A stretch of 64,000 bases of DNA, taken from positions 124,001 to 188,000 of IMG/VR virus record IMGVR_UViG_3300023179_005186. The stretch is one strand, 5' to 3'. Made by a program: the position numbers and the translations under genes. The notes under the pieces are model-generated. The model searched no databases. It was not told the origin of the DNA and saw only the letters and a list, made by a program, of their open reading frames with translations. This document shows, piece by piece, positions 52,587 to 63,279 of this stretch. Positions within the stretch are counted from its first letter, which is position 1. Every line of letters begins with the position of its first letter.

Positions 52587-53390
52587 ATGTCTTTTAACAA
52601 TGTACAATCGTTAAATGGTGTAATTAAGCCTCATCGTATAGTAAATGTTAATTCTAATATAAGCAGTAATCCTAATTCTCAACTTGATTATTACAACCAA
52701 CAAATAAATTCAATTGAAACGGATGGATACAAACCTTCAAGTTCTAATGTAGACAAAACATCATTAGAATTAGCATTAAATATATTAGGTATAGAACATA
52801 ATATATTTGAAGGAATGTCTAAACATGAATTTATGCATTATTATGATAATTTTAAAAAACAAAATTCAAATTTAAATCGTTCATTAGCTGCACAAATAGC
52901 TTTAAAATATAAATTAAATAATGTAGTTGAAGTAAATTCAGGTTTATTTCAAAAAAATAATAATTTACAAACCAATAATAATTTTTATCAGCCTGAAAAT
53001 TATCATAACCAAAATATTAATAATTATTTTGTTCAACCAACAAATAATAATTTAAAAAATCAATCAAATGTTTTCCAATATCAAGTACAATCTCAAGAAA
53101 ACGATAAAAATTCTAATACAAATAAAACATTTTTACAACAAACTAATAATAATATTAAAAAAATAACACCAAATTATGAAAGTATGGAATTAAAATCAAA
53201 CTTTAAACCTGTTCAGGTAGGTTTATCTGATACTAATAAATATTTAATTTCTTCGAATACCCCACCGGTTATAGATCAATATTCTAGAGATTTTGATTTA
53301 AATAGTATTATTAATAATTATTCTAATCAAAAAAATATTGGAGTAAAAAAAAATATTGATATTTCATTCAATATTCCAAGAAGAAACTAA
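52587..53390 (+). CDS. Hypothetical Asn/Gln-rich protein
   Basis: 267-aa ORF. Confidence 0.7.
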   Translation: MSFNNVQSLNGVIKPHRIVNVNSNISSNPNSQLDYYNQQINSIETDGYKPSSSNVDKTSLELALNILGIEHNIFEGMSKHEFMHYYDNFKKQNSNLNRSLAAQIALKYKLNNVVEVNSGLFQKNNNLQTNNNFYQPENYHNQNINNYFVQPTNNNLKNQSNVFQYQVQSQENDKNSNTNKTFLQQTNNNIKKITPNYESMELKSNFKPVQVGLSDTNKYLISSNTPPVIDQYSRDFDLNSIINNYSNQKNIGVKKNIDISFNIPRRN

Positions 53391-53453
53391 TAAATATACT
53401 TAATTAAATATTCTAAATAATTTTATAATATAATTTTAATATATAAAAACAAT

Positions 53454-53993
53454 ATGGATTTAAATTTTTCAGTAGGAAGAATTATATTATTAACATATAT
53501 TATAATAGCAAGTGGTTATTGTACAAATTTATTTTCAAATGGATTAAAGAATGCTATTCAAAATAATAAATATGCACAACATATAATTTTAATATTATTA
53601 ATTATGGCTCTAATGATATGTTTTGGTAATCCATTTGGAGTAGAAATAACATCAAATCAGCAAGTTAATATAGTAATAATGAGTTTATTAGTTTATGTAT
53701 GGTTTATAATGACAACTAAATTAGATTTAGCATGGAATATAGGGATTTTAATATTATTAACAATATATTTCTTATATGAAAGTAAACAAATATCTGATTA
53801 TAAAGCAATATCATTAGATCCACAATTAGATTTAAATAAGAAAAAAAATATTTTAGATACTTACATTTCTACTCAAAAATATATTTTGGTAGCAATATTT
53901 GGAGTAACAATTGTTGGTACATTAGTATATGCTAATGAAAAACAAGAACAGTATGGAGGAGGATTTTCAATTAATAAATTTATTTTTAGTTAG
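53454..53993 (+). CDS. Multi-pass membrane protein
   Basis: 179 aa with several TM segments. Confidence 0.75.
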   Translation: MDLNFSVGRIILLTYIIIASGYCTNLFSNGLKNAIQNNKYAQHIILILLIMALMICFGNPFGVEITSNQQVNIVIMSLLVYVWFIMTTKLDLAWNIGILILLTIYFLYESKQISDYKAISLDPQLDLNKKKNILDTYISTQKYILVAIFGVTIVGTLVYANEKQEQYGGGFSINKFIFS

Positions 53994-53996
53994 AAA

Positions 53997-54022
53997 TAAT
54001 TAATTTAATATTAAATTAATTA
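53997..54022. terminator. Perfect 26-bp palindrome between convergent genes
   Basis: taattaatttaatattaaattaatta; fits a shared hairpin polyadenylation signal. Confidence 0.7.
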
Positions 54023-54033
54023 AGTTTATAAAA

Positions 54034-55179
54034 TTACATACCAACATAACCTGCATATTTTGAACTCATTGAAGAAAAAGATTCAACTGGTTGTAATTCT
54101 TGACTTAGATAATCTGTTGCTTTATAATAATATGCATTTTGAGGTGAATTTAAATAATCATCCTGATTAGTATGATTTAAATCATTACAATCAGAAGACA
54201 TCGAATGAGCAAATCCAACAAAATTAGGAGAATAAGGTGCACTATGTGTAGAATTAATTCTAGTAGCGATTGATTCTCTATCCACAGAATCAGATAGTGA
54301 TTTTGATGAAGGACCATCTGATAAATTTGGTATACCAGAAATTTTAGTATTTTCAATATTAAAATTCATTGGTTCATTCAATTGTTTACTTATTTTTTCA
54401 GACATAATTTGATCTAAATATTTTTTTGATTTTTTAACTTTTTTATCTTTTTTAGTTTTTGTTATGCTTGAATTAGATTGTTCAGATTCTGTTGAATTTT
54501 CATCCATATTTTGTTCATCATATGTTTTTAATTTATTATAATAATTAATTATTTTTGGAATATCTTCATGTTTTAAATTAAACTCTGATTTAACAGTAGG
54601 ATAATATTCTAAATCAGGATTAGTATCATCACATGATTCAATGTCACTATGAAATTTACCAATTAAAAATAATATAAGATGTGAATATTTAGAATTATAT
54701 GGATCTTGACTAATTTTAGTACTATTTGCTATATTATCATAAAAAACTTCTAAATTATCAGAAGAATTATATATCATAGCAAAATATTCTACCATTTCTT
54801 TAATTTGAATTTCAGAATAAGTTGTTGGAACATATGATAATACTTTTAAAACACTATCAATAACTTTTATTTTATTAGGATCAGTTAAAAATGGAATTGA
54901 ATAGGTAGAAATAGTTTTAGGAGGAGTAAGATCTTTTGTCATATCAAATCCTTCAAAATAATCATTATCTAATAAATTACTAAAAGTTTCTTTAAAAACA
55001 ACAGTTTCTGATTTATTAAGTTCAGCTCTTTCTTCAGGAGATAATTCTCTTTTAGTAACAAATACAGGTTTACATAATGGTTCATTTTTAGGTACAACAT
55101 ATACATCGTAATTATAAATAAACACAAAAATTATTATTATTATTAAAATTAGTACTATATGTTTATTGGTGAAAATCAT
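54034..55179 (-). CDS. Hypothetical protein with N-terminal TM anchor
   Basis: 381-aa ORF. Confidence 0.7.
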   Translation of the reverse strand: MIFTNKHIVLILIIIIIFVFIYNYDVYVVPKNEPLCKPVFVTKRELSPEERAELNKSETVVFKETFSNLLDNDYFEGFDMTKDLTPPKTISTYSIPFLTDPNKIKVIDSVLKVLSYVPTTYSEIQIKEMVEYFAMIYNSSDNLEVFYDNIANSTKISQDPYNSKYSHLILFLIGKFHSDIESCDDTNPDLEYYPTVKSEFNLKHEDIPKIINYYNKLKTYDEQNMDENSTESEQSNSSITKTKKDKKVKKSKKYLDQIMSEKISKQLNEPMNFNIENTKISGIPNLSDGPSSKSLSDSVDRESIATRINSTHSAPYSPNFVGFAHSMSSDCNDLNHTNQDDYLNSPQNAYYYKATDYLSQELQPVESFSSMSSKYAGYVGM

Positions 55180-55329
55180 TAATTATATAAATGTTATATA
55201 TAAAATTTATAAAAAAACAAAATATTACTATATGAATTTGATAAATAATTGATAATTTTTAGTTTGAAATATAAAATAATTTAAAATTGTTTATAAATTA
55301 TTTTTTTATTGTTTATTAGTATTAATATA

Positions 55330-55752
55330 ATGGATTCTAAAAGTATTATAATAATACTACTTTTAATTTTAATATTTTTAAATATTTGGGATATATACAA
55401 TCGTGATGGTTTTAGTAATATTGGAAGTCAGTATTTTAATGTTGATTATAACACAAGAAAAGTTATGTGTGATGATTTAACAGGAACAAATCCATGTATT
55501 GTTCAAACAGTAAAACCAAATAGAAAAGAAGTATGTACAAAAAAATTAAATTTTATTTCACCAAATGAAAGAATTGGAATGCCAAGTCCTACTCTATCAA
55601 ACAGAAGATTTAAAGATCAGATTTCAATTGATAATGGAATGAGTTTAGATCAAATGGATGATATAGAAGATGAAATGTATAGTGTTGATAATCAACTTTA
55701 TAAAACAGAAAATGAAAATACATTAAGTGATGTTGATGAACAATTATTATAA
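55330..55752 (+). CDS. Hypothetical protein with N-terminal TM anchor
   Basis: ATG at 55330; TM segment followed by DGFS. Confidence 0.65.
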   Translation: MDSKSIIIILLLILIFLNIWDIYNRDGFSNIGSQYFNVDYNTRKVMCDDLTGTNPCIVQTVKPNRKEVCTKKLNFISPNERIGMPSPTLSNRRFKDQISIDNGMSLDQMDDIEDEMYSVDNQLYKTENENTLSDVDEQLL

Positions 55753-55864
55753 AATGTTTAATTTATATAAAAAAAATTTTGCGTTTATTAAAAATATATA
55801 TATAATAATAATTTTTAATATCACCAATAAAAAAATTTTATTATTAAATATATATATATAAATA

Positions 55865-56713
55865 ATGCCTGCAAAAAATTATAGTTGTGAAAACTCAGAA
55901 TCATGCTCATTAATGTCTGTTACTAATTTAAATACTAGTTCTCATTTGAGTTCTGGCTCTGTATGTCCTGATTCAGAATCTGTACATCAACAATCTGCTT
56001 CTGTATGTCCTGATCCTAGTTCAACATGTAATAATTCAAGTTCCTTATGTCCTGACTCAAGTTCTTTATGTCCTGACTCTTGTTCATCTGTAAATAGTTC
56101 TTGTGTTACTTATTCAGATAAAACTTCCTGTTCAATAACTGTTGATGAATCCATTTGTAATAAACCATATACAAATACTTGTAAGAAAATCGATGAATGT
56201 GAAATTGTTGATATTAAAGCATGTGATAAACTTGTTCAGAAATATAATTGTTCAAGAGAAGAATTATTGGCTATTGCTGACATTATCGTTTTATTAAATT
56301 TTATTAAGAGTAAATTAATTGCTGTTAAACCAAATGTTATTTTGAGAAGAACAGAAAATTATACTGTAGATGTTAATATCGCTTGGCTAGAAAGTTTTAT
56401 TGATACATTATTTTGTGTTTTAAGAAAGAATGAAGCATATAAAGTAATAAATGTTAAAGTATGTAAATTAAAGAATGATAGTGATGAAGTTATTTCAAAC
56501 AGAACTTATTTATTAAAAGTAAAGTTTAGTACTAAAAAAGGATGTATTGTTAAAAATATTCCAATTACATTTTATTGGAGTCAATTAACAAATAACTTAT
56601 CAACAGCTTATAACAGTGTTTTAGATATTACAATTAGAAATATTACAAGTGAAATTACTGTTTTAGATGCAGCATCAGTTCGTCCTTTTTTACAAGAAAA
56701 CCCTAAACACTAA
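55865..56713 (+). CDS. Cys/Ser-rich protein with S(V/L)CPD repeats
   Basis: Four S(V/L)CPD units in the N-terminal third. Confidence 0.7.
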   Translation: MPAKNYSCENSESCSLMSVTNLNTSSHLSSGSVCPDSESVHQQSASVCPDPSSTCNNSSSLCPDSSSLCPDSCSSVNSSCVTYSDKTSCSITVDESICNKPYTNTCKKIDECEIVDIKACDKLVQKYNCSREELLAIADIIVLLNFIKSKLIAVKPNVILRRTENYTVDVNIAWLESFIDTLFCVLRKNEAYKVINVKVCKLKNDSDEVISNRTYLLKVKFSTKKGCIVKNIPITFYWSQLTNNLSTAYNSVLDITIRNITSEITVLDAASVRPFLQENPKH

Positions 56714-56795
56714 ATTAATTTTTGAATACTAACTAAATAATTTTAATTATTTAATTAATCTCAATTTAAAAAGAAGTTAATATATAATTAATATA

Positions 56796-57485
56796 ATGAG
56801 TCGAATTTTAAATGGATTGAATATGTCAGAATATGTTGTATTATCACAATTAAAGAAAAAAATGAAAAATTACTTGATTGATATTAATTGTGATAATTTT
56901 AAGCAAAGTAATTTTTCAAAAGGTTTAGTATTAAGTTTAGTGATGATTTTAGAAGAGTTATTAAATGATTCATTAAAACATGTGGTTAAGAATGAAATAA
57001 ATGGATTATATAAAATTAGTCCATTAGTTATTAATACAACAATAAATGAGTATTCCAAATATAATTTTATTTATAAATATTTAAAATCATATAATCAAAT
57101 TGTAAAGTATCATGATTCTGTTTTTTTTAATATTAAAAAAGTTTTAGATAATTTAGAATCAAAACATGGATCAAAATTAATGGTTGAAACTGAAAGTAAA
57201 AATATTTTAAGTTATATAATTTTATCTATTCAGTATGATTTAATAAATTTGACAGTAAATATGGTAAAATATTCCAAAAAGAGAACATTAAGTTCGGTTC
57301 CATTATTATTTAGTATAAAATTTTTAATTCATGAAGATATAAGTTCAAAAATAGAGTTAAAATTAGATAGTATGGAAGATAAGAATATCGAAGTTGAAGA
57401 AGATAAAGAAAAAGATACAGAAGATGAAGAAGTAGTAGAAATAGAGGAAGACGTTGACGTTGATGATGAATTAGAGGAAGATTAA
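56796..57485 (+). CDS. Putative divergent H2A-H2B histone-fold doublet with acidic tail
   Basis: H2A-like SRILNGLNMS..LKKKMKNY, MILEEL and KISP; H2B-like IKKVL and MVKYSKKRTLSS..LLFSIKFLI. Confidence 0.55.
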   Translation: MSRILNGLNMSEYVVLSQLKKKMKNYLIDINCDNFKQSNFSKGLVLSLVMILEELLNDSLKHVVKNEINGLYKISPLVINTTINEYSKYNFIYKYLKSYNQIVKYHDSVFFNIKKVLDNLESKHGSKLMVETESKNILSYIILSIQYDLINLTVNMVKYSKKRTLSSVPLLFSIKFLIHEDISSKIELKLDSMEDKNIEVEEDKEKDTEDEEVVEIEEDVDVDDELEED

Positions 57486-57507
57486 AAATATAATTTAATA
57501 ATTTAGT

Positions 57508-57533
57508 TTAGATATATAATAATATATATCTAA
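57508..57533 (+). terminator. 3' hairpin after ORF 56796
   Basis: ttagatatata-ataa-tatatatctaa. Confidence 0.6.
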
Positions 57534-57539
57534 TTAATA

Positions 57540-59474
57540 ATGAAAAAATTAAAAAAAATAAAAAAAGAGAGTAAACTCAAGACAATAGATAAGAATAAAT
57601 TTTATAGTGCAACAAGTTTAGTAAATTTCATAAGATCAGATTGTATAGTTGATTTAATTGAAACATTAAATAAAAATAATTATATAATAGATTTTGAAGA
57701 TGAATTAAGAATAAAAAAAAGAAATTTAGAAGAGTCATCAAATTCTAATTCTAATTTAAGTAATAACTGTTCTGATCTAATTACAAAAAGAAGAAGAACA
57801 TCATCATTTGATTATATTGTAGATGATGGATATAAATTTGAAGCGAATATAATAATTAAAATAAAAGAAAAATTAATAGAGAATAATGAATTATCAAAAT
57901 TAATAGAATTAAGTGATATTGATATTAATATTAGATATGAAAGAACTTTAAAATTACTTTTAAGTAAATCATATGATATATTATTGGGTAGTATATTAAT
58001 TAATGAATCAAATAAAACATATGGCTATCCAGATTTAATAGTTTCAGGTTATTGGATAAAAAAATATATAATTAATAGTCCAATAAATATAATAGGTGAT
58101 AGAAGCAAATACTATATTATTGATATAAAATCATCATCAATAAATTTGATTGGAGGTGGTGAATATGTGTCATCAGGTTTATTATATGATGGTTATAAAG
58201 CACAAATTTATATATACATACAAGCATTAAATAAAATATTAAAATCAAATATATCAATTGGATTTATATTAGGAAAAAATTATCAATATAGTACAGGTGG
58301 AAATAAAATTAGAATAGATGATCCATTTGATAAACTTGGATTAATAGATTATTCTTATGAAAAAAAGAATGGAAGAGATTTTGAAGATAAAATAATACAA
58401 GCACTTAAATGGAAAGATGATTTAAAAAAAAATTATAATAATTATTCTTTATTGCCGATTGAAAATAATTTATTATTTCCAAATATGAAAAATCCCTATG
58501 ATAAAAATTATAAAAAGATTAAAAAAACTATAGCATTAGCTAATAAAGAAATAACATTATTATGGAATTGTGGATTAAAGAATAGAGAACTAGCATGGTT
58601 AAAAGGAATAAAAAATTATGATAATGAAAATTTATCACCAGATATATTAGGATTTACAAAAAAATCATCAAGATATAATATATTATATTCAATGTTAAAA
58701 ATAAATAGGGAATCAAATGATTTGATAATATTTAACCCAATAAATAATATAAATGAATGGCAAAATAGTGTTTCAAATGAATTTTTTGTAGATTTTGAGA
58801 CATATTCAAATGAGAGGGTGTATGGTGAAGATATATATATGATTGATATTAATACTCAAATAATATATATGATTGGTGTAAATTATTCAAGTAAATTCAA
58901 GTGTTTTATATTAAAATTTAATTATCATGAAGGAATAAAAAATAAAATTAAAATAAAAAAAAATTTAAAATGTAATTATGAATCATATGTATTTTGTGAT
59001 AATGAAAAAGATTTAATAATGCAATTTGTAAAATTTATAAATTCTTTTAATATAAAAAATGATTTATCTATTTACTATAAAAATACAAGATTAATACATT
59101 GGTCAAAAGCTGAACCAATAATATTTAATAAAAAATTAAGAGAATATAAGTTAAACGAATTAATGTATAATTTACCATGGTATGATTTATTAGATATATT
59201 TAAAAATGAGAAATATCCAATTATAATAAAAGGTTGTTTTGGTTTTGGTTTAAAAGAAATAATAAGTAAATTAAATCAGTATGATTTTATAAAATTAAGT
59301 TGGCCAGAATTAGATGATGGTTTATTATCAAGTTTTAAGGCAAGAGATATATACACAGATAAAGTAGAATCTGAAAATAAGGCAATTACAATGATAGATA
59401 TAGTTGAATATAATTATATTGATTGTATAGCTTTAGATATGATATTAAAATGGATTCGTGGTCTTATTGTATAA
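57540..59474 (+). CDS. RecB/PD-(D/E)XK plus RNase H-like (YprB-type) nuclease
   Basis: GYPDLIV...IIDIK...Q...Y, FVDFET, DLL..F..K, FGLKEI and EYNYIDC. Confidence 0.75.
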   Translation: MKKLKKIKKESKLKTIDKNKFYSATSLVNFIRSDCIVDLIETLNKNNYIIDFEDELRIKKRNLEESSNSNSNLSNNCSDLITKRRRTSSFDYIVDDGYKFEANIIIKIKEKLIENNELSKLIELSDIDINIRYERTLKLLLSKSYDILLGSILINESNKTYGYPDLIVSGYWIKKYIINSPINIIGDRSKYYIIDIKSSSINLIGGGEYVSSGLLYDGYKAQIYIYIQALNKILKSNISIGFILGKNYQYSTGGNKIRIDDPFDKLGLIDYSYEKKNGRDFEDKIIQALKWKDDLKKNYNNYSLLPIENNLLFPNMKNPYDKNYKKIKKTIALANKEITLLWNCGLKNRELAWLKGIKNYDNENLSPDILGFTKKSSRYNILYSMLKINRESNDLIIFNPINNINEWQNSVSNEFFVDFETYSNERVYGEDIYMIDINTQIIYMIGVNYSSKFKCFILKFNYHEGIKNKIKIKKNLKCNYESYVFCDNEKDLIMQFVKFINSFNIKNDLSIYYKNTRLIHWSKAEPIIFNKKLREYKLNELMYNLPWYDLLDIFKNEKYPIIIKGCFGFGLKEIISKLNQYDFIKLSWPELDDGLLSSFKARDIYTDKVESENKAITMIDIVEYNYIDCIALDMILKWIRGLIV

Positions 59475-59531
59475 AATAAAAAATTGATTTTTATTTATTA
59501 TAAAATTATTAGTGGAAAATTTACTATAAGA

Positions 59532-61586
59532 ATGATTTCAAATTACAATATATTAACAGAAAATGATGAACAAATTATTCAACCAAAAAATGTAAAGGTT
59601 GAATTAATGAGTCATCAAAAAACGATGGTCTGTAAAATGTTAAAAATAGAAGATTCAGGAGAAATACATATAAATAAATTAATTCTATTAAATGGAAAAT
59701 CTATTACAAAATTTATAATAAAAACAAATTTTGCAGTTTTAGGTGATAAAGTAGGTGCAGGAAAAACATTAATGATATCATCTTTAATAAGTATTAGAAA
59801 AAAAGTTAAAGATCGTGATTTAGATTATGGAGTAAATTCAAATATTGTTTTAAAAATAAATAATAAATTTGAAAAACTAGATACGAATCTAATAGTTGTA
59901 CCACATAAACTTGTACCTCAATGGTCAGAAAATTTTGAAAAAAATATAAGTAATTTAAGCGTTTTAACAATTACAACTAACAAAGATATAGATTCTTTGA
60001 TTAAAACAATAATTGTAAATGATAAAAATATAAAAGAAGTTAATTGTTTTTTTCAATATGAAGAAATAATTCCAGAAAGGATTAATATTTACGATGTAGT
60101 AATAATAGGTGAGACAATGTATAGAAGATTTTATAAATTATGTCAAAATTTTAAATTTAATAGATTAATTATTGATGAAATAGATTCAATAAAATTACCA
60201 AAATTTATGTTATGTAATTTTAATTTTATGTGGTTAATTACTGGTACTCCAACTGGTTTATCAAATCCAAAATCAAATTATTTAACTAATTTTTTCCCAA
60301 GTATATATAATTCAAATTCAGTTTTAAATAATTTTTTTGTTTTTAAAAATGATGATAAATTTATTGAACAATCTATTGTTTTACCTAATCCTAAACGTTT
60401 AAAAATAAAATGTCTTACTCCAAAAGAATTAAATATAATTAAAAATTTAATACCAAGTTCAGTACTCCAGATGATAAATGCGGGTAATTCTGAAGAGGCA
60501 ATAAAAGCTTTAAATTGTAATGTTGATACAAATGATAATATATTACAAGTAATAACAAAAAATATTTTAGATAATATTAAATACAAAGAAATAGAATTAG
60601 AGATTGAAAATAAAAAAGTCTACGATTTGTGTCAGAAAAAAGAACACGAGTCGAAAGTAAAATTAATAGAAAATCAAATATTAAAGTTAGAAGAAAAATA
60701 TGAAGATATTAAAAAGAAGATTTATGAAATAAATGATTCTCATTGTCCTGTATGTATGGGAGAATTAATATCACCAATAATTACAGAATGTTGTAAAAGT
60801 TGTTTTTGTTTTGATTGTTTAGCAGTATCATTAGGTGAATTAAACACAAATAAATGTCTAAATTGTAGACAAATTATTACTAATTCAGATATTCATGTAA
60901 TTTCTGAATATAAAGAAGATTCTAAAATAATAACAAAAAAGTATGATCTAAAAGATAAATTAGATGTTTTAATAGATCTAGTTCAAAATAAACCAGATGG
61001 TAGTTTTATAGTATTTGCAAATTATGTAGAAACATTTGTAAAAATTGAGAAAAAATTAAAAGAATTTGGAATATCTTATCATATTTTAAAAGGACAAGCA
61101 TCAGTAGTTAAAAAAAATATTGATGATTTTAAAGAAAAAAAAGTAAAAGTATTAATGTTAAATGCAGAATACTTTGGAGCAGGTATGAATTTACAAATGA
61201 CAACTGATTTAGTAATGTTTCATAGATTTAGATATGAGATGGAAGAACAAATTATTGGTAGAGCTCAACGTTTAGGACGCACAACACAATTAAATGTTTA
61301 TTATTTATTACATGATAATGAATCAGAAAATATTGATTATAACTTTAATTTTGAAGATCAAGGATCAATTCATTATATAGATTGGCTTAAAAATGATAAA
61401 TTAAATACAAATAATATGACTGATTTAAATGAAGATTATTTAAAAGTTAAAAATAATGAAGAAGAATATTTAATTTATAAAGTACCAGATGATAATGATA
61501 AAGAAATAGATGAAGATTTAGATATTTTTAAAGAAAATATCAAACAATTTAATTTAAATTTTGAAGAATTCGAAATAATAAATTAG
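59532..61586 (+). CDS. SNF2-family helicase with RING finger (RAD5/16-like)
   Basis: LGDKVGAGKT, IIDE, TGTP, RING CPVC..CC..FC..C..CLNCR, GAGMNL and QIIGRAQRLG; ATG at 59532 follows AAAATTGA at 59480-59487. Confidence 0.85.
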   Translation: MISNYNILTENDEQIIQPKNVKVELMSHQKTMVCKMLKIEDSGEIHINKLILLNGKSITKFIIKTNFAVLGDKVGAGKTLMISSLISIRKKVKDRDLDYGVNSNIVLKINNKFEKLDTNLIVVPHKLVPQWSENFEKNISNLSVLTITTNKDIDSLIKTIIVNDKNIKEVNCFFQYEEIIPERINIYDVVIIGETMYRRFYKLCQNFKFNRLIIDEIDSIKLPKFMLCNFNFMWLITGTPTGLSNPKSNYLTNFFPSIYNSNSVLNNFFVFKNDDKFIEQSIVLPNPKRLKIKCLTPKELNIIKNLIPSSVLQMINAGNSEEAIKALNCNVDTNDNILQVITKNILDNIKYKEIELEIENKKVYDLCQKKEHESKVKLIENQILKLEEKYEDIKKKIYEINDSHCPVCMGELISPIITECCKSCFCFDCLAVSLGELNTNKCLNCRQIITNSDIHVISEYKEDSKIITKKYDLKDKLDVLIDLVQNKPDGSFIVFANYVETFVKIEKKLKEFGISYHILKGQASVVKKNIDDFKEKKVKVLMLNAEYFGAGMNLQMTTDLVMFHRFRYEMEEQIIGRAQRLGRTTQLNVYYLLHDNESENIDYNFNFEDQGSIHYIDWLKNDKLNTNNMTDLNEDYLKVKNNEEEYLIYKVPDDNDKEIDEDLDIFKENIKQFNLNFEEFEIIN

Positions 61587-62422
61587 TTCTTATTATCATT
61601 AATAATTTTAGTACTAATCCAATAGATAATAGTTAATTTATTAAATTTGCAAAATAATTCATAATTTGATAATATTTTAGGATCAGATAAATCAAGTTTA
61701 TTAAAAAATATATTTTTAATTTGATTTTTATTTATATTTGATGAAAATGTATCACCAATACATATATAAAATTTATTTTTTTCATAAAATAAAAATATTT
61801 TGTCTTTATTAATAATTTTAGATAATAAATTATAATCTTCGGTTTTATTTATTTTAATTAGTGTATTTTTTTTCATATATATATATTTTTCATTAGAAAA
61901 GTCATCATTTAATTTAAGAACGATATTATAACCATTAAAATCATTAGAAATTATATTTTTATAATTTGAAATAAAATTATCAATACTATTAATAATTAGT
62001 TCTCCTTGTGAATTAATAAATAATTTAGTAAAAATAATTTTTGAATTTAAAAAAGAGCATACAATATTATATATATCAAAATCACCAATATTTATATTTT
62101 TTTGTAATTTTTGGATTAATTTTACAGGTACAGTTTCTAATTGAATATTCGAAGATAAACAATTATTAGGAATTGGTATAACATCTATTTTTGGTATAAT
62201 TTTTTTATTAATAATTTTAGTAGGAATTTCTGAATTATTAACAATTTTAGTATGAAGTTTATATGAAGTTTCTGTTGATTTAATATTAAATTTTTTTTTA
62301 AGTGAATTAACTTTTTTTGCATTAATTGGAATATTGTATTTATTTTTTTTTTTATAAAAAAATAAGTAATAAGATATTCCTATTATTATAATACTGAATA
62401 TTGTATAAAAAAGATTAAACAT
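61583..62422 (-). CDS. Hypothetical protein with N-terminal TM anchor
   Basis: 279-aa ORF. Confidence 0.65.
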   Translation of the reverse strand: MFNLFYTIFSIIIIGISYYLFFYKKKNKYNIPINAKKVNSLKKKFNIKSTETSYKLHTKIVNNSEIPTKIINKKIIPKIDVIPIPNNCLSSNIQLETVPVKLIQKLQKNINIGDFDIYNIVCSFLNSKIIFTKLFINSQGELIINSIDNFISNYKNIISNDFNGYNIVLKLNDDFSNEKYIYMKKNTLIKINKTEDYNLLSKIINKDKIFLFYEKNKFYICIGDTFSSNINKNQIKNIFFNKLDLSDPKILSNYELFCKFNKLTIIYWISTKIINDNKN

Positions 62423-62467
62423 ATATAATTAGATTATATATTTTATTAAGTATAAAAAAAATTAATA

Positions 62468-63184
62468 TTATTCATCAATTGTTAATTTAAAAATACTTTG
62501 CTCATTATTAATTAAAACAAAAGTATCCATAATTGGTTTTACTTCAATAATTTTATTTTGATAATAAATAAAATATGTAAGTAAAAATGAGTTAATTTCT
62601 ATTTTATTATAAGTAAATTTTTTATTAACAGGTATAATTGACTGTGTAAACATATTTGTTGGATTAAAAAATTTAATTGAAGAAATATTTTGACTATTAC
62701 ATATTTTTGTATTTTCTAAAATATTTTTTAATAAAAATTTATATGTATTAAAAGACATTGAATCATTTGTTATTATTAAATTTGTAAAAGTTAAATCTTC
62801 TAAATCTAAAATAAAAGGATTAGGCATAAATATATCTTTGTTTAAAAATACATTATTTTTAACAAATAATTTACTTTCTATATTAACATTATTTTCAAAT
62901 GTAGACTCATTATTAATATGTAAAACTTTAGAAGAATTTAGATGATCTATTTCATTAGTTTTATTAATAATTTTATCTTGTTCATATCCAATAAATACTG
63001 ATCCACCTAAATAAACATTATCTTTTACAGCTAATTCAATTTCTGAATTATTTAAATCATTAACAATATTATAATCTGAATCTTTAAATCCAATAAAATT
63101 TTTTTCATTAAGATTAATATCCGATTTTAAAACTTTAAAGATACCAACGTTACAATCTAAATTTTTAATATTATTCTTACTCAT
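62468..63184 (-). CDS. Hypothetical protein
   Basis: 238-aa ORF. Confidence 0.65.
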   Translation of the reverse strand: MSKNNIKNLDCNVGIFKVLKSDINLNEKNFIGFKDSDYNIVNDLNNSEIELAVKDNVYLGGSVFIGYEQDKIINKTNEIDHLNSSKVLHINNESTFENNVNIESKLFVKNNVFLNKDIFMPNPFILDLEDLTFTNLIITNDSMSFNTYKFLLKNILENTKICNSQNISSIKFFNPTNMFTQSIIPVNKKFTYNKIEINSFLLTYFIYYQNKIIEVKPIMDTFVLINNEQSIFKLTIDE

Positions 63185-63279
63185 CTATTTTAATTTATAT
63201 TCTATTATACAATTCTAAATTATAAATTAAATTTTAATTAAGTATTTTTTATATTATATAATATTATAATAACAGTTGA

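Noticed and set aside
1403-60586. Short ORFs overlapping larger genes (e.g. 1403, 4510, 5146, 7444, 13205, 30938, 41094, 46274, 47746, 52001, 60278)
   Set aside because: They are antisense or alternate-frame shadows of well-supported genes and carry no motifs.
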